Shown in pieces: positions 25,071 to 32,000 of a stretch of 32,000 bases of DNA. Within the stretch, counting starts at the first letter, position 1. The number at the start of each line of letters is the position of its first letter. Where the stretch lies: positions 324,088-356,087 of the forward strand of contig NC_009927.1 in the NCBI RefSeq assembly GCF_000018105.1, given 5' to 3'. The translations under genes and the position numbers were made by a program. The DNA comes from Acaryochloris marina MBIC11017. Its GTDB lineage: Bacteria; Cyanobacteriota; Cyanobacteriia; Thermosynechococcales; Thermosynechococcaceae. The notes beneath the pieces were generated by a model, which made no database searches, was not told the DNA's origin, and worked only from the letters and a program-made list of their open reading frames with translations.

Positions 25071-27332
25071 TTAAAGAATTGCGGAAGCTAGTGATTCGTT
25101 GGCCTTGGGAACACCTCCCAAACGCCGCTCAAGCAAGGTGTATCGTTGCCTATCTTTGATCTGCCTGATGGCCATGCTGATGGCATTCTTGGGGCCTACG
25201 AGAATCGCCAGTTTCTTCGCCCGTGTCAGTCCGGTATAGAGCAAGTTACGGCTGAGCATAATGTAATGCTGCATGTACAGGGGCAGAATGACGACGGGAT
25301 ATTCCGACCCCTGGCTCTTATGGATTGTGACGGCCCAGGCTAAGCCAATTTCATTCAAGTCAGCGAGATCATAGGAAACGGAGCGTTCTGCATAGTGAAC
25401 GGTGACCTCAATCTCTTCTAAATTGATATCCTCGATCACTCCCATATCGCCGTTGAATACTTCTCGGTTGTAATCATTGACCTGCTGCAGAACACGATCT
25501 CCCACCCTGAGTATCAGACCTCCTCTCGTCAACTCAGGCTTATCGGGGCAAGGAGGATTAATCAAAGCTTGCAACACTTGATTGAGTTTACGAGTACCGA
25601 CTTCGCCCCTCGTCATGGGGCATAGGACTTGCACATCTCGTGCTGGCTGGAACCCAAGTTCAGGGAGAAGATCGTTGATCAGTTCCTGGATCGCTTGCAC
25701 ACCGTTCTCAGGTTCGGGGGCACCTAACCAGAGACAATCTGTTTTGGGCGAAGGACTTACGGATTCCAAGTTGGGAAACTGGCCTTGATTAATGCGATGG
25801 GCGTTACGGATGATGTGACTGGCTTGGGCCTGACGAAAGACCTCCGTTAGTTCAATAATGGGAATTCTCCCAGAGGTTATCAGATCTAATAGGACGTTTC
25901 CTGGTCCCACACTAGGTAACTGGTCTGTATCCCCCACGAGCAAGAGTTGAGCGTTGGTATCAATAGCCTTGATCAGGGAATTGGCTAAGAACAGATCCAG
26001 CATGGAGGCTTCATCAATCACCACTGCGTCAGCGGGGATCGGGTTATCTGAGTTCCGTTGAAACTTCATTGTCTTGGGGTCAAATTCCAAGAGGCGATGA
26101 ATCGTTTTTGCTTCATGACCCGTCACTTCACTGAGGCGTTGCGCGGCTCGACCTGTCGGGGATGCTAATACGATGTCTTTCCCCATTGCTTTCCAGAGCG
26201 CTACGATTGTGCGGGTGGTAAAAGTCTTCCCCGTTCCGGGTCCACCCGTAAGGATCACAACACGCTGACTCGCTGCCATTTCCACGGCTTGCTGCTGCTG
26301 TTTTGAGAGACTCACATCTGTTTGAGCCATGAAGCGGTCTAACCAAGCCCTTACCCGTTCATTATCGACAACTAGAGAGCTGGCCAGCAGCTGGAGGACT
26401 CGTCGAGACAAGTGAAATTCTGCTTGGAAGAAGGGAGGTGCGTAGCAAAGCAGTTTCGTCGAGCCCTCATGTGTTAACCGTTCGACGATTAGCTCAGCAT
26501 CAGAGATCATGGCATGGATCAAGTACTCCACTTGATCGGGTTTGGGCTGATAGTCAGGGAGAGCTAATCTCTTCACCGCTCGATCAATCAATTCTGGTTG
26601 AGGCAAATAACAATGCCCTTCTTCTGCGGATTCACTCAAGACATGTAGCAGACCACTTCGATAGCGGTATTCAGAATGAGGTGAGATGCCAAGACTGCGA
26701 GCAATCTCATCTGCGGTCACAAATCCAATGCCATAGACATCTGTTGCCAGTCGATAGGGGTTATGGGTGACGGTTTCAATGGACTCATCCCCATACTGCT
26801 TGAAGATCTTGACGGCATAAGTGGTGGATACGCCATGCCCTTGGAGAAAGACCATGACTTCTTTGATTGCCTTCTGACTATCCAAGGCAGTCTGAATCAG
26901 TTTGACGCGCTTTTTGGCGATACCAGGGACTTCAATCAATCGTTCAATATGGGTTTCAATAATATCGAGGGTATCTAGCCCAAAGTGAGCTACGATGCGT
27001 TTTGCCGTCACGGGACCCACGCCCTTGATTAAGCCACTGCCGAGGTATTTCTCAATGCCCGTGAGAGTCGCTGGCTTTGTTTCCTTATACTGTTTGACCT
27101 GGAATTGAGGACCGTACTTAGGATGGTCCCGCCATATCCCCTGGAGTTGAAGCGTTTGGCCTGCTTGGATATTGGCGAAGCTGCCCACGATGGTAATTAA
27201 TTCACGGGTTCGGGGTGCTTTGAGGCGAGCAACGGTATAACCTGACTCATCAGAATGGAAGGTCAATCGCTCCACAACCCCCTGTAGTTGTTCAATGGGA
27301 GGAGACCCTGGATGAGCAGAACTACTGGGCAT
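25071..27332 (-). CDS. recD2: RecD2-type SF1B ATP-dependent DNA helicase (RecD/TraA family)
   Basis: N-terminal OB/HhH region (GVGPVTAKRIV). Walker A is LTGGPGTGKTF, Walker B is VVIDEASMLD. Also LLVGDTDQLPSVGPG, TIHKSQGSE and the C-terminal LLYTGLTRAKK. Confidence 0.9.
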   Translation of the reverse strand: MPSSSAHPGSPPIEQLQGVVERLTFHSDESGYTVARLKAPRTRELITIVGSFANIQAGQTLQLQGIWRDHPKYGPQFQVKQYKETKPATLTGIEKYLGSGLIKGVGPVTAKRIVAHFGLDTLDIIETHIERLIEVPGIAKKRVKLIQTALDSQKAIKEVMVFLQGHGVSTTYAVKIFKQYGDESIETVTHNPYRLATDVYGIGFVTADEIARSLGISPHSEYRYRSGLLHVLSESAEEGHCYLPQPELIDRAVKRLALPDYQPKPDQVEYLIHAMISDAELIVERLTHEGSTKLLCYAPPFFQAEFHLSRRVLQLLASSLVVDNERVRAWLDRFMAQTDVSLSKQQQQAVEMAASQRVVILTGGPGTGKTFTTRTIVALWKAMGKDIVLASPTGRAAQRLSEVTGHEAKTIHRLLEFDPKTMKFQRNSDNPIPADAVVIDEASMLDLFLANSLIKAIDTNAQLLLVGDTDQLPSVGPGNVLLDLITSGRIPIIELTEVFRQAQASHIIRNAHRINQGQFPNLESVSPSPKTDCLWLGAPEPENGVQAIQELINDLLPELGFQPARDVQVLCPMTRGEVGTRKLNQVLQALINPPCPDKPELTRGGLILRVGDRVLQQVNDYNREVFNGDMGVIEDINLEEIEVTVHYAERSVSYDLADLNEIGLAWAVTIHKSQGSEYPVVILPLYMQHYIMLSRNLLYTGLTRAKKLAILVGPKNAISMAIRQIKDRQRYTLLERRLGGVPKANESLASAIL

Positions 27333-27399
27333 GGGTAGCTACCTTAAGACTTGATGCTAGGCTTCTTTACAGCAATATACTCCTGGAAGGTCGATGTTC

Positions 27400-28473
27400 T
27401 TAAGATGCATCAACTTCCTCTGTATCAGCCGGTTCTATCTCAACGGTCGTGATGGAATTTGCAGAAACTTTGGAGCCTAACTCCAGCTTTTGGCGTACTT
27501 GTTGTTCAACCTCTTGGGAAAACTCTGGGTTATCCAGAAAGTAATGAATGGTATTCTCCCGACCCTGGCCTATATTGCTACCGTCATAGCTATACCAAGC
27601 TCCTTTGCGGACAATGATATCTGTTTCCTCCGCCATATCGACCAGACAACCCATGGTTGAGATCCCCTGGCCAAACAGGATGTCAAACTCCGCAATCCGA
27701 AACGGAGGTGCAACCTTATTCTTGGCAACCTTGACCTTTGCGCGGATGCCATACATATCGGTGCCTTTCTTCAGGGTCTGAATTCGACGAATATCCAAGC
27801 GAACGGAGGCATAGAACTTGAGGGCGTTACCTCCCGTGGTCACCTCTGGACTGCCATAGGTGACTCCAATCTTCTGTCGCAGTTGGTTCAGGAAAATGAC
27901 GGTGCTACCTGACTTGGCAATATTGCTTGTAATCTTACGCAGCGCTTGACTCATCAACCGAGCTTGCAACCCCATATGGGAATCTCCCATATCTCCCTCA
28001 ATCTCAGCTCTGGGAGTAAGAGCAGCAACGGAATCGACCACAACGAGATCCACCGCACTTGAACGAACGAGTTGATCCACAATTTCTAAAGCCATCTCAC
28101 CTGAATCAGGCTGGCTTACAAGCAGCTCTGATATATCCACACCCAATGCTGCTGCATAAACTGGATCAAGGGCATGTTCAGCGTCAACAAAGGCAGCGAC
28201 TCCACCCGTCTTTTGGATCTGAGAAATCGCATGCAGGGCTACGGTGGTTTTCCCCGAACTCTCAGGTCCATAGATTTCAATGACGCGTCCTCTAGGAAGA
28301 CCACCTCCTAGCGCTAGGTCTAGAGTCAATGCCCCACTAGAGTTGGTCTCGATCTGCATACGAGTGGCATCACCCAATCGCATGATGGCCCCTTTGCCAA
28401 ACGTCTTTTCAACGTTTTTCATCACCAAGTCGAGGGCCTTTTGCTTCTCAGTCATTTCATTTTTGGCACTCAT
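27400..28473 (-). CDS. recA: Recombinase RecA
   Basis: Canonical [47 protein letters not shown] and [38 protein letters not shown] blocks. Confidence 0.97.
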   Translation of the reverse strand: MSAKNEMTEKQKALDLVMKNVEKTFGKGAIMRLGDATRMQIETNSSGALTLDLALGGGLPRGRVIEIYGPESSGKTTVALHAISQIQKTGGVAAFVDAEHALDPVYAAALGVDISELLVSQPDSGEMALEIVDQLVRSSAVDLVVVDSVAALTPRAEIEGDMGDSHMGLQARLMSQALRKITSNIAKSGSTVIFLNQLRQKIGVTYGSPEVTTGGNALKFYASVRLDIRRIQTLKKGTDMYGIRAKVKVAKNKVAPPFRIAEFDILFGQGISTMGCLVDMAEETDIIVRKGAWYSYDGSNIGQGRENTIHYFLDNPEFSQEVEQQVRQKLELGSKVSANSITTVEIEPADTEEVDAS

Positions 28474-28516
28474 GAGTGAATCTCCAAAGGTGTGAATTGG
28501 GGGACGCTAGACCAAT

Positions 28517-28545
28517 ATAGTAATCTTGTACTAAAATGGTGTCAA
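28517..28545 (-). promoter_or_regulatory. Near-consensus sigma-70-type promoter of recA (TTGACA, 17-nt spacer, TACTAT)
   Basis: On the minus strand, the -35 TTGACA is at 28540-28545, the spacer is 17 nt, and the -10 TACTAT is at 28517-28522. This sits ~45 nt upstream of the recA ATG, and a GGAGA SD lies 8 nt before the start. Confidence 0.5.
28519..28532 (-). promoter_or_regulatory. LexA-box-like motif AGTACAAGATTACT overlapping the recA -10 and spacer
   Basis: Matches the cyanobacterial LexA consensus RGTACNNNDGTWCB (as I recall it from Anabaena work) at 13 of 14 positions. The conserved G at position 10 is T here. Confidence 0.35.
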
Positions 28546-28590
28546 TAAGATACTTTTGTTCATGTTTTACCTCCACATGGTGAGGTTGTA

Positions 28591-28794
28591 ATGGCAACAG
28601 ATACACTTGCTGAACTGTTAGGATTCTCTGGTGGCTGGCTCGTCGGAGTCTCACTTGATTTAGAGTGGGGCTATCAGTGCTGGGTCATTACCCCAGAAAG
28701 ACAGGTTCACACTGATGGAGAATTCTACGTGCATAGCCGAGTGGCATTAGAAGCAGGACGCTTTCTCGTGGAGAATTCCTTGGAGGTGGAGTGA
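28591..28794 (+). CDS. Hypothetical 67-aa protein, possibly translationally coupled to the GNAT gene
   Basis: The ORF's stop TGA (28792-28794) overlaps the GTG start (28791) of the next ORF in a GTGA arrangement. No recognisable motif. Confidence 0.4.
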   Translation: MATDTLAELLGFSGGWLVGVSLDLEWGYQCWVITPERQVHTDGEFYVHSRVALEAGRFLVENSLEVE

Positions 28795-29615
28795 AGAGTG
28801 AACCCATCGTCATGTCTTGGGAAGAGTATGAACTTATGCCTTGGCGGTTGGGCTGGAAGCATGAATATTTCAATGGGATGGCTTACCTCACGCCCAGACA
28901 GCAATCTGTTCTGACCGTCATCGAGGTTGCCCCCCGAAACGATACCCCTCAGTCCTTCAAGATCCGACCTGTTGTGTCAACGGATGTACTTGAGCTCAAG
29001 CATCTATTCTTTGAGATCTTTCACGACTCCGTTGAATATTGCAATTATGAAGAGCGGGATATTCAAGAATCAGCCCAAAGCTGTATTGATAACTATCTTG
29101 GCGCGGTCAAAGGTGAACCCTCAAAAGTGTCATGCGTTGCTATTTCACCAGATAGGGAACTCATAGGCATAGCTCTAGTAATTGAGCAGCCTGAACGGCA
29201 ACCCTATCTTCGGTTGTTGGGAGTCTCCCCATCTTGGCAACGCCGTGGTGTCGCAACTGGCTTAATGACGACAATACTCAACCAACTCGTTAACACCTCT
29301 TTTACCCAGCTAGAGAGTCGATATTTCCTGGCGAATGAAGCGAGTAGAAACTGGCACCATCAATTTGGATTCCAGGATCAGCTCGACATATTCGTCGCTC
29401 ATCTGTTTTACCGGCATGCCCAGCATGAATTATGGCGACAGGAACAACTTGGTCAACTCCCGAAGAAAGACTTGGCCCTTTTGGCATCTGAGGTGGAGCA
29501 GTGGCAGGCTGAAGTGGACCGTCAAGAAGTTGCCTTTGAAGCAACTTACCCCGAGAACTGTCCTAACAGGCTGACTTCTCATCATCAACGGACAAAGCCC
29601 ACCGCTCTGCCTTAG
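28791..29615 (+). CDS. GNAT-family N-acetyltransferase
   Basis: The acetyl-CoA motif A is LLGVSPSWQRRGVATGLMTTIL (Q/RxxGxA). GGAGG lies 4 nt before GTG 28791. ATG 28812 is an alternative start. Confidence 0.8.
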   Translation: MKSEPIVMSWEEYELMPWRLGWKHEYFNGMAYLTPRQQSVLTVIEVAPRNDTPQSFKIRPVVSTDVLELKHLFFEIFHDSVEYCNYEERDIQESAQSCIDNYLGAVKGEPSKVSCVAISPDRELIGIALVIEQPERQPYLRLLGVSPSWQRRGVATGLMTTILNQLVNTSFTQLESRYFLANEASRNWHHQFGFQDQLDIFVAHLFYRHAQHELWRQEQLGQLPKKDLALLASEVEQWQAEVDRQEVAFEATYPENCPNRLTSHHQRTKPTALP

Positions 29616-29647
29616 AATGACCAAAAGTTTGTCCCCGTGAGCTTCCC

Positions 29648-31966
29648 ATGCCTACTGCCACTTCAGAAAAGCTGAACCAGCTCCGAGCGCAGCTCCAAGA
29701 ATGCACCAACCCAATTGCTGCCAAGCTACTCAAAAGTACGATTGCAAAACTTGAAGCTCAAATAAGCTCAGGCCAGCCCAAGACCACAGCATCCAAGATA
29801 GCCCAGCGGAAGGCTGCATTGAGGCACTCCCAGAAGCAGGCCAAACAGAAAGAAAGATCAACGCTGAAACCCCCTTCATCAAAGTCTGAAGGCGTACCTC
29901 AACATAAAAAGCCCATAACCTTAGATCAGGAAAAACCAATCGAACAGGCTAAGGTGACAGCGGTAGTACAAGTTGAGAAATCTAAGCCACTGATTCAAGA
30001 TGGGCCACAAGCAACGACTGAAACGACTCCCAAAAACAAGAACCGTTTCTCCCCAGATGTCATTAAAATAGCCAAGCGCCTTGTCCTCGCTGATGAACTC
30101 TGGGAACGTCCCCAAGTTCAAGGCATCACCATCGATGGACCGACTTCTCGAGACCTGGATGACGCTATCTGGATTGAAGCGACTGAGTCAGGGGTAGTCC
30201 TCTCCGTACATATTGCCGATGTCTCCGAACTCGTGGAGATGGGCTCGATATTGGATAAGGTAGCCCTCTCTCGCACAGTCACACGCTATTTCAGCAATGG
30301 GAACGCACCCATGCTGCCAAGACCCCTGTCCGAAAATAAGCTGAGCCTGCTGGAAGGTGAAGCCCGACCTACCGTTACCGTTCAGGTTACCCTCAACCCG
30401 AACGCCCAGATGGTTGACGTCAAAATCTTTGAATCCTGGCTGGTAAGTCACAAACGCTTTACCTATGCTGAAGCCTCCCAGCCTAAATCATCTACTCCTT
30501 TTCATAACACTCTGGAAATGGCTCACCAATGGGCCTCCCATCTGTACCGAAATCGGCTGACATCAGGTTCAATTGGAGCGACCCAGACGGCTCAAGGCCA
30601 GTGGCTCACAGAAGAAGGCAGCCTTATCCAAGGTAAACTTCATCCAAGCCATATCCTCATTCAAGAATTTATGATCCTGGCGAACCTCGCCGTCGCTCAA
30701 TGGTTAGCCGATCAGGATATCCCAGCGCTGTATCGGAATCACACCGCCAGAGCCATTGCCCCAGATCGGGAAACAATGTACCAAACGTTGTTGATGTTAG
30801 GGTCAAATGCAGCCATTCGTCAACGGTTGCACAGTTGGATGAACCGGGCCGTGTATAGTCCCGTCTTGATAGGGCACTTTGCCCTGAACCTTCCCGCCTA
30901 TTGCCACTTCACCAGTCCGATTCGCAGAGTCGCTGACCTGATCAATCATCGGATTGTCAAAGCCTGCCTCAAACATCAAGGCCTACCCTATAAACAGTCT
31001 GAATTGGCGGAATTGGGACAGCATATTGCCCAGGTCAAGGATGAGCATAAAGAGCAGGCCTCGGAGTTCTTCAAAGCAGCCCATCAAAAGGTCTACCAGG
31101 AGCAACTTCAAACCCCCGAAGACTTAGCAAATCTCTCTGGGAAAGAATTCACACGACTCCTGAAATATGCGGTTGAGTCTCAGGGGGTTGATGAACTTCG
31201 CAGTGAACTATTGACCCGGTTAGGCGCTGAGCAACTAGCCGTACAGGATCTCTACCTGTTGCTCTTTCAGTCCAAAGAGCTTGAGCTACAACAGCAAGTG
31301 ATTCAGTATCTGTCTGGCCATATCTATGATGCGGCGAGTGTGATCACCATTGCCTCCAATCAAGAAAGGAACTGGGAAGCATTCAACTATCTGGAAGCGG
31401 AGAATTCCCCCCCATTCCATATTTGGTTAGAGGTGATCATCTCTGGAGACTCCTTGACGACGATTCACCCTGCCACTCATTCCCGCAAACAACCCGCTCG
31501 TCATCACGCATGTTTGATATGGTTAGAAGACTATCTACAGAAAAACTTGGTCAATCCAGAAGCGAGTGTACAGCCTCCGTTACCAGAGGCTAAATTATCG
31601 TCTAAAGATTCAGCTCCCAGTGCAGCCTCCCTATCCAAAGCGATGCAGACTGCTTTGATGAAACCACTCAGTGGTGGTCAGAATTTTGTTGGGATGTTGG
31701 TGGATATTTGCCAGACATTGAGATGGGAGAATCCAGAGTACGAAATGGGCAGCTCAGATGATTGGTTTATCTGTAAATGTGAGCTGGATGTTCTGGGTGA
31801 ACGGCTGGAAGGTAGCGGGGTGGCGAAGAAGAAAAAATTGTCTAAGAGTCTAGCTGCTAAAGAGGTACTTGAGCAAGTACGAGAGCTTGCACCTCAGCAT
31901 TGGGAGGAGTGGTTTCCAGGAGTAGCATTCAGCCAGCCTAAGAATCTGACCAACCAAGAAGATTGA
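29648..31966 (+). CDS. RNB-domain (RNase II/R family) exoribonuclease with a Lys/Gln-rich N-terminal extension and a C-terminal dsRBD-like region
   Basis: RNB motifs are SRDLDDAIWIE, HIADVSELV and GHFALNLPAYCHFTSPIRRVADLINHR. The C-terminal ...FVGMLVDICQTLRWENPEYEM....FICKCELDVLGERLEGSGVAKKKKLSKSLAAKEVLEQV has the dsRBM pattern. I saw no cold-shock or S1 signature. Confidence 0.85.
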   Translation: MPTATSEKLNQLRAQLQECTNPIAAKLLKSTIAKLEAQISSGQPKTTASKIAQRKAALRHSQKQAKQKERSTLKPPSSKSEGVPQHKKPITLDQEKPIEQAKVTAVVQVEKSKPLIQDGPQATTETTPKNKNRFSPDVIKIAKRLVLADELWERPQVQGITIDGPTSRDLDDAIWIEATESGVVLSVHIADVSELVEMGSILDKVALSRTVTRYFSNGNAPMLPRPLSENKLSLLEGEARPTVTVQVTLNPNAQMVDVKIFESWLVSHKRFTYAEASQPKSSTPFHNTLEMAHQWASHLYRNRLTSGSIGATQTAQGQWLTEEGSLIQGKLHPSHILIQEFMILANLAVAQWLADQDIPALYRNHTARAIAPDRETMYQTLLMLGSNAAIRQRLHSWMNRAVYSPVLIGHFALNLPAYCHFTSPIRRVADLINHRIVKACLKHQGLPYKQSELAELGQHIAQVKDEHKEQASEFFKAAHQKVYQEQLQTPEDLANLSGKEFTRLLKYAVESQGVDELRSELLTRLGAEQLAVQDLYLLLFQSKELELQQQVIQYLSGHIYDAASVITIASNQERNWEAFNYLEAENSPPFHIWLEVIISGDSLTTIHPATHSRKQPARHHACLIWLEDYLQKNLVNPEASVQPPLPEAKLSSKDSAPSAASLSKAMQTALMKPLSGGQNFVGMLVDICQTLRWENPEYEMGSSDDWFICKCELDVLGERLEGSGVAKKKKLSKSLAAKEVLEQVRELAPQHWEEWFPGVAFSQPKNLTNQED

Positions 31967-32000
31967 GGCTCTCTGGGAATTAGCGTGTAGCAGTCCTACA

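Noticed and set aside
1-32000. CRISPR arrays, tRNA/rRNA genes, riboswitches of known classes
   Set aside because: Visual scanning of the intergenic regions found no regularly spaced direct repeats, no T-loop/acceptor-like tRNA structures and no rRNA-like sequence. A tool-based scan (tRNAscan-SE, Infernal/Rfam, CRISPR finders) would be needed to be certain.

Overview
This looks like a cyanobacterial chromosomal segment. Supporting signs are one full HIP1 site (GCGATCGC at 2054-2061), a giant NB-ARC/WD40 protein, a pentapeptide-repeat protein, a PatA/PatG-type protease and SepF. I had no database access, so every call rests on my own translation and motif recognition.

The window splits into two parts.

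(1) nt 1 to ~20100 is a compositionally patchy accessory mosaic:
- an AT-rich class-3 lipase, partial at the left edge
- a translationally coupled unknown-328-aa + DyP-peroxidase operon
- a 1268-aa STAND NTPase with 14 WD40 blades
- an AT-rich cassette of small SD-preceded ORFs around an orphan PatA/PatG-family subtilisin, followed by a Cys-rich 62-aa ORF and a strong terminator
- a duplicated gene tail
- an IS scrapyard: an IS5-like relic, an intact IS110-family transposase, a truncated IS6-like fragment and a decayed IS1-like element with inverted repeats (IRs)
- an AAC(3)-type aminoglycoside acetyltransferase next to the IS cluster

(2) nt ~20100 to 32000 is housekeeping: a pentapeptide-repeat membrane protein, a short SepF-like protein, a Lys-rich protein, PBP1A, RecD2, RecA (with a near-consensus promoter and a LexA-like box), a GNAT and an RNB-family exoribonuclease with dsRBD-like tails.

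The best candidate for something undescribed is the 8.9-14.4 kb cassette. A ~220-bp non-coding module occurs twice there, upstream of ORF133 and upstream of the protease. Each copy carries tandem 13-mers, a hairpin with a conserved loop and compensatory stem changes, and a palindrome. This links the cassette genes into a possible co-regulated, non-canonical peptide-maturation locus that lacks all other cyanobactin genes. I found no rRNA, tRNA or CRISPR array.
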